Of a stretch of 64,000 nucleotides of DNA, positions 29,372 to 37,669 are shown in pieces. The stretch comes from Candidatus Poribacteria bacterium (GTDB taxonomy: Bacteria; Poribacteria; WGA-4E; WGA-3G), in the NCBI GenBank assembly GCA_965261115.1, contig OZ253447.1:647625-711624 (forward strand), in the 5' to 3' direction. Each line of letters opens with the position of its first letter. The stretch's first letter is position 1. Made by a program: the position numbers and the translations under genes. The notes beneath the pieces were generated by a model that had not been told where the DNA came from, did no database searches, and worked only from the letters and a program-made list of their open reading frames with translations.

Positions 29372-29558
29372 TTGATGAAGTTTAAGAAAATAAATCGGTA
29401 ATCCCCAGGCCCGGTAGGGTTTTTGCTGGGGGTATTTGATAGGGTGTTTCTGCGTATTTCTTCACGGTTTGGAACCGCACCGGGTCTTAGACACAAACGC
29501 TGTGGTAACCTCATTGGAGATTTTATGAAATTACCGAATTAAAAAATTAATCTTCATC
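29372..29558. mobile_element. MITE-like element copy 1 (~187 bp) with ~29-bp imperfect terminal inverted repeats (TTGATGAAGTTTAAG...AAATCGGTAAT / ATTACCGAATTAA...TTAATCTTCATC)
   Basis: TIRs seen directly. Internal CCCCAGGCCCGGTAGG...GGTTTGGAACCGCACCGG hairpin module. Second copy at 30827-30946. Confidence 0.6.
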
Positions 29559-29605
29559 CAACCTCGCCAAACTTTTATCCTTCTAAAGCTCTAAAATAGA
29601 CAAAC

Positions 29606-29634
29606 TTGACAAGGATTTCAGGTTTTGATAACAT
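29606..29634 (+). promoter_or_regulatory. Possible sigma70-like promoter (TTGACA-N17-TAACAT) upstream of the Gfo/Idh/MocA gene
   Basis: Perfect -35, weak -10. Confidence 0.3.
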
Positions 29635-29749
29635 ATTAGCGTAGCTATTCAACCGAACCTACACAAAAACACGCTTGAAGTGCAATTCACGCCAAAATAC
29701 TGAACTCGATCTTAGCCCCATTGGGGCATTATGTTTATAGGAGAAACTC

Positions 29750-30799
29750 ATGCCACGCACATACAAAGCCTGTCTCATCGGATGCGGACGGATGGGCGCA
29801 ACTATCGACGACGAAGTCGCAGGACGACCCGATAGCTTTATCTGGCAACCCTTCTCACACGCCGCTGCAGCAGTCGCATGTGAGCGAACTGACCTCGTCG
29901 CTGTCTCCGATGTCTTCGAGGAAAAAGCCGAAACCATCAGAAAACGCTACGGTGCCGAACGCGCGTACACAGATTATCAAGAGATGATCGAAAAAGAGAA
30001 ACCCGACATTGTATGTCTCGCCACGCGTCCCGGTCCACACGCCGATATTACCGTCTTCGCCGCTGAGAACGGCGTTAAAGGCATCTACTGCGAAAAACCG
30101 CTCTGCTGCTCTATGGAAGAAGCAGACATCATGGTAGATGCCGTCGAAAAGCACGGTGTCAAATTCAACTACGGCACACAACGCCGCTATATGCCGATCT
30201 ATCGCAAAATACGAGAACTCGTCGATGCCGGCGAAATTGGGAATGTCCAGTGCACCATCGCGCAATACGGCGCCAGCTCCGCGCTCTGGGGACTCACCCA
30301 CGCCGCTGATATGCTCCTCTTCCTCGCAGGCGACCCAGAAGTCGATTTCGTACAAGGCACGGTTGTCTGTAACGATTCAGATTGGGACGGCAACCGTCTT
30401 AACACCGACCCCGCCATCACCAGCGGTTACATCCGGTACGCCAACGGCGTCCACGGCTATAATACGGCGGGTACTGGACCCGAATATGAGGTTTGCGGCA
30501 CGGGTGGCAAAATCCGTGTACAAAACAACAGCAGAGAAATCCAATTCCGAAAAAAGGATGGCACCTTCTATGAAGAAGTCCCGTTCCCAGAGACCTCCCG
30601 TGCCACAGGCACCGTGATGGGGATCACAGATGTTGCTGAGGCACTCGACGAAGACCGCGAAACAAAGGGACCCATCCAACTCGCACGCCGGAGCCAAGAG
30701 ACACTCATGGGTATCATCGAATCGCACCGACTCGACGGTAAACGCGTCTCACTCCCGATGGAAAATCGAGGTCTCTACGTCGCAGGAAAAAGTTGGTAA
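29750..30799 (+). CDS. Gfo/Idh/MocA-family oxidoreductase
   Basis: YKACLIGCGRMGATIDDE N-terminus; CEKPLCCSMEEAD motif; GGAG SD. Confidence 0.75.
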   Translation: MPRTYKACLIGCGRMGATIDDEVAGRPDSFIWQPFSHAAAAVACERTDLVAVSDVFEEKAETIRKRYGAERAYTDYQEMIEKEKPDIVCLATRPGPHADITVFAAENGVKGIYCEKPLCCSMEEADIMVDAVEKHGVKFNYGTQRRYMPIYRKIRELVDAGEIGNVQCTIAQYGASSALWGLTHAADMLLFLAGDPEVDFVQGTVVCNDSDWDGNRLNTDPAITSGYIRYANGVHGYNTAGTGPEYEVCGTGGKIRVQNNSREIQFRKKDGTFYEEVPFPETSRATGTVMGITDVAEALDEDRETKGPIQLARRSQETLMGIIESHRLDGKRVSLPMENRGLYVAGKSW

Positions 30800-30826
30800 A
30801 ATTGCGCACATCCGAGTAGGCGCGCT

Positions 30827-30946
30827 TTGATGAAGTTTAAGTATTTAAATCGGTAATTCCGATTTTCCCCCAGGTCCGGTAGGTGCGGTTTGGAACCGCA
30901 CCGGACTGCCCCAAGACATTACCGAATTAACATTTTAATCTTCATC
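30827..30946. mobile_element. MITE-like element copy 2 (~120 bp; same TIRs as copy 1, lacks a ~60-bp internal segment)
   Basis: TTTGATGAAGTTTAAGTATTTAAATCGGTAAT...ATTACCGAATTAACATTTTAATCTTCATC; internal long palindrome GTCCGGTAGGTGCGGTTTGGAACCGCACCGGAC. Confidence 0.6.
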
Positions 30947-30963
30947 TAACCTCGCCAAAAAAC

Positions 30964-31950
30964 ATGAACTTAGAAACCCAAATCCAACAATTCCGTGAAA
31001 CCTTCTACAACGTCAAATCCGAAGTCCAAAAACGCATCGTCGGCCAAGACACGATCATTGAAGGTGTACTTTTTTGCCTACTCGCCAACGGACACGCACT
31101 CCTCGAAGGCATCCCCGGCTTAGGCAAAACGCAACTCATTCACACCCTCAGCGAAGCACTCGATCTCGCTTACAAGCGTATCCAATTCACACCCGACATG
31201 ATGCCTTCGGACATCACAGGTACAACACTCCTCGTAGAAGACGAACACGGCGGAAGGCAGCTCGAATTCCAACAGGGCCCCATCTTCGCACAACTCATCC
31301 TCGCCGATGAAATCAACCGCGCCACACCGCGCACGCAATCCGCGCTCCTTGAGGCGATGCAAGAACGCACCGTCACCGTCGGACGCACCAGCCACCAATT
31401 AGAAGAACCCTTTTGTGTCCTCGCGACACAAAACCCGCTGGAGATGGAAGGCACCTATCCACTCCCAGAGGCGCAACTCGATCGGTTCCTCTTCAAACTC
31501 CTCATCGACTTCCCCAACGAAGACGAAATCGTCGAAATCCTACGCCGCACCACATCCGGCACCGATATTACCATTGACAAGGTTACGAACGCCGAAACGC
31601 TCAACGAGATGCGCCGACTTGTCCCGCAAGTCCCCATCGCCGAGCATGTCGAACGCCACATCATCCGACTCGTCCGAGCGACACACCCAGATTCCGAAGA
31701 CGCACCGGAGATCGTGAAACAATACGTCCACCTCGGCGCAGGTATCCGAAGCGTCCAAGCCATCGCCCTCACCGCCAAAATCAACGCCCTCCTCAACGAA
31801 CGCTACAACGTCGCCTTCTCGGATATTGACACTGTTTTGCTCCCCGCACTCCGCCACCGCATCCTCCTCAATTTCGAGGGACAAGGCGAAGGCATTGCAC
31901 CCGACACCATCGTCAACGAAGTCCGCAACACCATAACGCCAGCATCATAA
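30964..31950 (+). CDS. MoxR-family AAA+ ATPase
   Basis: Walker A GIPGLGKTQL, Walker B LILADEINRATP, and the characteristic SALLEAMQERTVTV motif. Confidence 0.85.
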   Translation: MNLETQIQQFRETFYNVKSEVQKRIVGQDTIIEGVLFCLLANGHALLEGIPGLGKTQLIHTLSEALDLAYKRIQFTPDMMPSDITGTTLLVEDEHGGRQLEFQQGPIFAQLILADEINRATPRTQSALLEAMQERTVTVGRTSHQLEEPFCVLATQNPLEMEGTYPLPEAQLDRFLFKLLIDFPNEDEIVEILRRTTSGTDITIDKVTNAETLNEMRRLVPQVPIAEHVERHIIRLVRATHPDSEDAPEIVKQYVHLGAGIRSVQAIALTAKINALLNERYNVAFSDIDTVLLPALRHRILLNFEGQGEGIAPDTIVNEVRNTITPAS

Positions 31951-32075
31951 CTTCGGCCCATTCGTCATTATCAAAAACACCCGAAAACGACAACTTAAAA
32001 TACTCGAATAAATTAACATCTCAGAGCCATTCAATTGTCCATCTTTCGATCAAATTTTCATCCCCAGGCCCGGTG

Positions 32076-33434
32076 TCACTTACCCCCATTTTTTTTTGAA
32101 GCGTTGTGATAAAAGGTTTTTGATGGGAAAGGTATGGGAAAGTCAGTAGGTTTATGATAAAATACCTCCTTACAACCGTCTGGGATCACAGACAAACCTA
32201 TAAAATCGTAAGGAGGTATTTTATGAAAAAGAGATACCCGAAACGGGTAAATCCAGAAACGATGATAACACGTTTTGAAGAAATATGCAAGTCTGTCGGT
32301 CTGAAAAAACCGACTTTTCGGAACTTGCTGTTCGTCTTGATAGCGATCAGTGTTGCGAAAACCTTTCGCATCAATGAGATCGCCTCGCGTTTGCCGCTTG
32401 TTGTTGCCCGGGAGAAGTCGAAACAGAAAAGATTTCTCCGCTTTCTTGACACACCCTTGCCTGTGGATGCGCTGAAGACATCCTGGTTCGCAGCGGTTCT
32501 GACTTGGTTTTCGAGGGATGCGGGGGCTGATGTGTATTTGCTCGTTGATGAGACGGATCTGATTGCGGGGTGGAAGGCACTTGTGATTTCGATCCCGTTT
32601 CGGCATCGTGCGATCCCTATCTTTTGGTTCATTTACAGCAATCAGCAGATCCGAGACGGTATCTATAAAAGTCATAACGAGATCATCCAATACTTTTCTG
32701 AGTGCGTCTATCAACAGGCTTTAGAAGTTATGTCGAAAAACAGCCAGCGTCCTGTTTTGGTATTTGACCGTGGCTTTGCCCGTGCGCAGCATGTCATCAA
32801 GTTTCTCAAGGCAAAGCATATCCGCTTCGTCATGCGGGTTTGCCGAAATGTCGGCATCATACATCATGGCAGTCGTAAGAAACTTGATGACATGCCAGAC
32901 GGATGGTATCCCGAAATCCTTTATCAGGCACAACACCAGATACCCCTGCAGCTTTATATCATTCGAGACACTGATTTCAAAGACCCAATGTATCTCATCT
33001 CAAACCACATCTGTGGACATCAGATACATCAATGCTACAAAAGACGTATGCAGATCGAACACGGATTCCGAGATATAAAGTCTTGCTTCGGATTTGGAAA
33101 ACTCGTCTTGAAAAAACCGACACAAGCACGGCTTGAGGTCTTATGGCTCTGTGCCTGTTTCGCTTATGGGTTGCTCTTTATCAGTTACGAGAAAACGGCA
33201 ACACATTGGCAGAAGTTTTACAATACAGACAAGAGAAAAAACTACTCCGTCATTACCGTTATCAAACGCATTCTCACCGATACGTGGAATACCGCGTTTC
33301 TCATCTCATTTTTCACGGATATAGACTGTAGAGGGAATCGAGTTTAGATTGCCACGCACTGACTGCTTTTCTCACACATAAACCTAACAACATCAACTAC
33401 ATTCTATACTTGAAAAAAAATGGGGGTAGGTGAC
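32076..33434 (+). mobile_element. IS4-family-like insertion sequence (~1.36 kb), imperfect 23-bp terminal IRs (GTCAC(T/C)TACCCCCATTTTTTTT), flanked by a 10-bp direct duplication CAGGCCCGGT
   Basis: IRs and duplication seen directly at 32066-32098 and 33413-33444; encloses a single DDE transposase gene. Confidence 0.7.
32223..33347 (+). CDS. IS4-family DDE transposase
   Basis: Start at MKKRYP with a perfect AAGGAGG SD (the track start at 32154 lies inside a fold-back structure). Motifs LVDETDL, VFDRGFA, and Y-x2-R-x3-E-x6-K (YKRRMQIEHGFRDIK). Confidence 0.75.
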   Translation: MKKRYPKRVNPETMITRFEEICKSVGLKKPTFRNLLFVLIAISVAKTFRINEIASRLPLVVAREKSKQKRFLRFLDTPLPVDALKTSWFAAVLTWFSRDAGADVYLLVDETDLIAGWKALVISIPFRHRAIPIFWFIYSNQQIRDGIYKSHNEIIQYFSECVYQQALEVMSKNSQRPVLVFDRGFARAQHVIKFLKAKHIRFVMRVCRNVGIIHHGSRKKLDDMPDGWYPEILYQAQHQIPLQLYIIRDTDFKDPMYLISNHICGHQIHQCYKRRMQIEHGFRDIKSCFGFGKLVLKKPTQARLEVLWLCACFAYGLLFISYEKTATHWQKFYNTDKRKNYSVITVIKRILTDTWNTAFLISFFTDIDCRGNRV

Positions 33435-33636
33435 CAGGCCCGGTAGGTTCGGTTTCCTAACCGAACCGGCTCCTTAAAAAAATGTGAAATTCAATAACTT
33501 CTTATAGTAAAATCCGAAAAATAAGTTTACACATGTAGCATAGGCTGTTAGCCTGTGCCGTAAGGGTTTGGGTGTTCAGAAGATGTATAAGAAATTAGGG
33601 AATCCACTATAAAATTGAATGGCTCTGATTAACCTC

Positions 33637-33665
33637 TTGACATCTCCTTGAACCCACACTATAAT
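33637..33665 (+). promoter_or_regulatory. Consensus sigma70-type promoter (TTGACA-N17-TATAAT) for the Fic gene
   Basis: Seen directly; overlaps the track's TTG start at 33648, which is therefore rejected. Confidence 0.6.
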
Positions 33666-33737
33666 ATAGGATTATCAAAAATTGGGAAAAATGACAACAC
33701 AAATTTTCCATTTTCAAAAAGAGGCGAAAACGGTAAT

Positions 33738-34865
33738 ATGCAAGACTTTACAGCAGGCTTGTACCGACAGCAACGAGAATACAAGAGCTTTAGCCCATCC
33801 TTCATCAACTGTCCTTTTGCCTGGGAAAACCGTCAAATAGATCAGTTGGTTGAACAAGCCGCAAATCTTTTGGGAGAACTCAAGACTTATGCGGAAATCG
33901 TCCCAGATGTCGATTTTTCGATACCAATGAGTATCGCAAAAGAAGCGATAGACTCTAATCTGATTGAAGGCACAAAAACTAAGATTGATGAGGTCGTTCT
34001 GCCACAAACAGAGATTCCAGCAATCCGACAGGCTGATTGGCAGGAAGTCCAAAATTACATTGAAGCCATGAATTTCGCGATAGCCGAACTCCCAAGAATC
34101 CCACTCTCAACGCGACTTCTCAAAGATGTCCATAAAATATTGATGTCCGGTGTTCGTGGAAGACATAAAGCACCCGGCGAAATCCGCAGAAGTCAAAACT
34201 GGATCGGCGGTGCGTCACTCGCCGACGCGCTTTTTGTCCCTCCCTCACCGGAAGAACTGCCCGATCTCCTAAGCGATCTGGAAAAATTCTGGCACAACAA
34301 ATCACTACAACTGCCCTATCTTATCAAAATCGCTATCACGCACTATCAGTTTGAAACCATTCACCCTTTCCTTGATGGAAACGGCAGATGCGGAAGACTC
34401 TTAATTGTTTTGCAACTTATCGACGCACAGTTACTTAACAAGCCTGCCCTTTATGCGTCTACCTTTTTTGAGAGAAACAAGGTTTCATATTACAATTCCC
34501 TTACCCGCGTTCGCACCGCAAATGATTTAGAACAGTGGATCGTATTTTTCTTAATCGGAATCGTCGAGACTGCCCAGCACGGACTCAAAACATTCAAAGC
34601 AATCATTGCCCTCCGTCAAGAATATGACACTAAAATCCTAACGCTCGGTGTCCGAGCGAAAAATGCCCAAAAGCTGCTTCAACATATGTATGCAACCCCC
34701 ATTGTCAACGTTAGATCCGTTGAAAAGGAGTTAGACATAAGTTTCTCAAGCGCGAACAGACTCCTAAAATCCTTGACAGCACTCGGCATCTTGAAAGAGA
34801 CCACTGGTCACTCCCGTAACCGTCTCTTCGTATTGGAAAAATACCTAAACCTCTTCAGAAGTTAG
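33738..34865 (+). CDS. Fic-family protein (Fic/DOC fold; AMPylation-type motif HPFLDGNGRCGR) with C-terminal wHTH-like region
   Basis: Canonical Fic motif HPFLDGNGRCGRLL; the N-terminal region resembles the common Fic N-domain (...SIAKEAIDSNLIEGTKT...). Confidence 0.8.
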   Translation: MQDFTAGLYRQQREYKSFSPSFINCPFAWENRQIDQLVEQAANLLGELKTYAEIVPDVDFSIPMSIAKEAIDSNLIEGTKTKIDEVVLPQTEIPAIRQADWQEVQNYIEAMNFAIAELPRIPLSTRLLKDVHKILMSGVRGRHKAPGEIRRSQNWIGGASLADALFVPPSPEELPDLLSDLEKFWHNKSLQLPYLIKIAITHYQFETIHPFLDGNGRCGRLLIVLQLIDAQLLNKPALYASTFFERNKVSYYNSLTRVRTANDLEQWIVFFLIGIVETAQHGLKTFKAIIALRQEYDTKILTLGVRAKNAQKLLQHMYATPIVNVRSVEKELDISFSSANRLLKSLTALGILKETTGHSRNRLFVLEKYLNLFRS

Positions 34866-34898
34866 CGAACCCCACACAAAAATGAGGAAATTATAACG

Positions 34899-35483
34899 AT
34901 GAGGACATCCCAAGCATATTTCACGCCCGAAGAATACATCACTTTAGAACGCAAAGCAATCCCTGACGCTGAGATAGTTAGAAGCGAATATATCAACGGT
35001 AAAATAATTGGAAGATCCAGTTCTAACTGGGCACACAATGTTATTACAGGCAACATTGTCGCTGGACTTTACACCCGTTTCAGAAACAGGGGATGCTTCG
35101 TATTTGCCAACGAAATGCGTGTCAGTATTCCAGCAGCAAATTCCTATTTTTATCCCGATGTCGGCGTTGTCTGTGAAGAACCCCGTTTTGAAGACGATGT
35201 TCTTGACATACTCCTCAACCCCATAGTCGTCGTAGAAGTGCTTTCTCCGTCAACAGAGGCTTACGACAGAGGCGACAAATTCGCACACTACCGCCAACTC
35301 CAATCCTTACAAGAATACATCCTCGTCTCCCAAGACAAGGTCCGTGTCGATCACTACGTCCGACACGCAACACAATGGATCCTCACCGACTTCCAAGAAC
35401 TGGAGCAACACCTTCCACTCACCTCAATCCAATGCGAACTTCCCCTACAAGAGATATACGAAAACGTCCCGTTCCCTGAATAG
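34899..35483 (+). CDS. Uma2-family (DUF820) putative restriction-endonuclease-like protein
   Basis: Classic Uma2 pattern: ...YINGKII...HNVITGNIVAGLYTRFRNRGCFVFANEMRVSIP...YFYPDVGVVCEE...; GAGGA SD. Confidence 0.75.
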   Translation: MRTSQAYFTPEEYITLERKAIPDAEIVRSEYINGKIIGRSSSNWAHNVITGNIVAGLYTRFRNRGCFVFANEMRVSIPAANSYFYPDVGVVCEEPRFEDDVLDILLNPIVVVEVLSPSTEAYDRGDKFAHYRQLQSLQEYILVSQDKVRVDHYVRHATQWILTDFQELEQHLPLTSIQCELPLQEIYENVPFPE

Positions 35484-35540
35484 CACCGATAGCCCCTGCC
35501 ACATTGACAAGACTTCCGAAATGGTCTTATTTTTTCTCCT

Positions 35541-36242
35541 TCAGTGCTTTTGGGTTTTGGGTGTGATGTCTATTGCGTCTTGCTCGGTGTTGATGGCGTT
35601 GCAGGCGACGAGGGTTTTTAGGATTTGATGTGCCAAAGTTACGTGTTTCGTGGCTTCTTCGGTGTCTTCTGCTTGGAAGATGCATTGTTTCTGGTATCCG
35701 TAGAGGGTTTCTAATTCTTGGGCGATGTTTGTAGAGGTCGTGAGGTTCAAGGTGCGGTAATTGGCGCAGAATTCGTCTCGAGTTTGGTTGAAGAGGTCGC
35801 GGTATTTCTCAGGAAATTGACGGTGGTTGATGTCCAAGCGTCGGAATTGATTGAAGAGTTCTTGCCGGAGCTGCCTTTGATGATCCGCACGTTCTTTGGT
35901 ATAATGAAGCTTGTAATTTCTGATGTATCTGCCTTCACGATAAGTATCGAACGCCGCGAGGGCACTCTCATTGAGTTTATCATCCGCGTCCTTACCGTAT
36001 TTTTCGTCGAAAGCCTTCAGATGTTTCTTAAAGTACGCCGCGATAAATTCAGATCTGCTGCTGAGTTCGCTGTCGTTGAGGGGTTCAGCCATAATTTGAT
36101 CAATATCGAGCGTCTCTGGGATTCCGAGGGGTGGCAGTTCGTCTTCAAATTCTTCAATGAATGCGTCAATGATGTCGGTTAATTTCATAAAACGTGCGTA
36201 GGATATGACGACAAATTGTTTGTGTTTCTCTTTGAGTTTCAT
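35541..36242 (-). CDS. Hypothetical protein (233 aa)
   Basis: AAAGGAG SD 8 nt before the ATG; no recognisable domain; TGCGTAAGTCCT motif ~20 nt upstream. Confidence 0.5.
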   Translation of the reverse strand: MKLKEKHKQFVVISYARFMKLTDIIDAFIEEFEDELPPLGIPETLDIDQIMAEPLNDSELSSRSEFIAAYFKKHLKAFDEKYGKDADDKLNESALAAFDTYREGRYIRNYKLHYTKERADHQRQLRQELFNQFRRLDINHRQFPEKYRDLFNQTRDEFCANYRTLNLTTSTNIAQELETLYGYQKQCIFQAEDTEEATKHVTLAHQILKTLVACNAINTEQDAIDITPKTQKH

Positions 36243-36749
36243 GTGTGGACTCCTTTAAATCAGGACTTACGCATTTTTCCATGATAACGGACGTCCGACG
36301 CACTGCAGGCGGGGTTTGAAACCCCGCCTGCAGTGGGGGCTGCGTAAGTCCTATAAATAAAATTGGGCTTACGGAAAAAGCAGTAATTTCGGTATTTTTA
36401 AACCCCCTAAATCCCCCTTATCAGGGGGACTTTAAGAGGATGTGCGTAAGTCGTAAAAATGTTACACCAGTGTAACATTTGGGATGAATAGGTTATCGGT
36501 CTAAACTTAGTGGTTGTAAGGGTTTAGAGGCGATTTTGTTGTTGCCGTAAAAAAGAAAAAATGGCGAAAAGTGTAACATTTGGTTTAGCGGTTAACCATC
36601 AGCAGTTAGAAAAATGGTTAGGTTTATGATTTAGATGTTTTAACTTAATTTGAGTTTATATTTTATATAATACCATATATAATATAGGGAGGCAAATTTA
36701 TTTTTTAGGGCTTACAACTGAATGCCCCTGATGAAGAATGAAATCGCGC

Positions 36750-36778
36750 TTGACAAACGTGGGTTCATAAGTTAATAT
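36750..36778 (+). promoter_or_regulatory. Sigma70-like promoter (TTGACA-N17-TAATAT) in a 900-bp non-coding region
   Basis: Seen directly. Confidence 0.45.
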
Positions 36779-36784
36779 TAATTA

Positions 36785-36916
36785 GAGAAACTGAGGTTTG
36801 AGTTCCGGTCGTATCTGGAACGCTATTTTAAAATCAAACACGCTTAAGACTTACACAGGTTGCTCTTTTGTAGCATAGGCTGTTAGCCTGTGCCCTGAGA
36901 ACGTCTCTGTTTTTTG
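36785..36916 (+). ncRNA. Candidate small non-coding RNA (~130 nt) between the promoter at 36750 and a hairpin plus T6 tract at ~36896-36916; contains the 26-nt hairpin repeat TGTAGCATAGGCTGTTAGCCTGTGCC
   Basis: Promoter and weak terminator seen directly; no ORF with an SD inside; the identical 26-mer recurs at 33534-33559. Confidence 0.25.
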
Positions 36917-37149
36917 AGAGTTTATCCGCTGACGGAGCGTCATATCGTCAAAATTGCGTAAATCCTGCACGCTTATAGAAAGACAGAATTCAATTGTGGC
37001 GATATTCTACCGAGGCGCGGGAATTGGTACTTACTGGCATATTCATGATGCAAGACAGACCGGATTCATCGCACGGGCACCCGAATTGTGTGAACCATCG
37101 TTTTGAGGTTTATTAACTGGACACCTGCACACAAATCGGAGAAACCGTC

Positions 37150-37509
37150 ATGTCGAAATATCAGACACAGCCTATTAAGATGGATCCTTATCAGATCCAG
37201 ACTGTTTCTCTCAAGGAACTTGTATCCGACAGTAAATTAATAAAGTTCCTGAGAGTAGAAATACCTTACGGAAAGGCGTATGGACGGATTCCATTCGCTC
37301 GGGTCCTCTACGCTTTTAACGGCGTTGAACAAAAAAAGGCAGTTCCGATGGATCTCGATAAGGGCGCATTTAGTGACAGCAGTTTCGAGAATGTATTTGA
37401 CGATGAAGAACTCGAAAAAACGTTCCGCGAAATTGCCCCTGACGTTTTTCGCAACGCTGCACCACAAATCGTTGAAGCAGTTAGCAAAGCCGCCTCTTCA
37501 AAACGGTAA
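37150..37509 (+). CDS. Hypothetical protein (119 aa) upstream of the RM-like operon
   Basis: GGAG SD; no recognisable domain. Confidence 0.5.
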   Translation: MSKYQTQPIKMDPYQIQTVSLKELVSDSKLIKFLRVEIPYGKAYGRIPFARVLYAFNGVEQKKAVPMDLDKGAFSDSSFENVFDDEELEKTFREIAPDVFRNAAPQIVEAVSKAASSKR

Positions 37510-37591
37510 GACAAACGGATTAGTAGGCTTTTAATCTTGACTTTGCTGCTGGCGAACGTTGCTACCTCACCATTTTGCATACAATTTTTTC

Positions 37592-37621
37592 TTGACACCA
37601 CCAACAAAATTTTGCTACAAT
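37592..37621 (+). promoter_or_regulatory. Sigma70-like promoter (TTGACA-N18-TACAAT) upstream of the three-gene RM-like operon
   Basis: Seen directly ~50 nt upstream of the ATG at 37670. Confidence 0.45.
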
Positions 37622-37669
37622 TAACGGGCAATCTAAACTTTCGCTTTCAGAGAACGAGACAAGAAAAAT

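Noticed and set aside
32154-32222. Transposase start at 32154
   Set aside because: This region forms the SD-sequestering inverted repeat; the ATG at 32223 has a perfect AAGGAGG SD.
33648-33737. TTG start at 33648 for the Fic gene (track ORF start)
   Set aside because: It lies within the -10 element of the consensus promoter (33637-33665), so it would not be on the transcript; the ATG at 33738 matches typical Fic N-termini.
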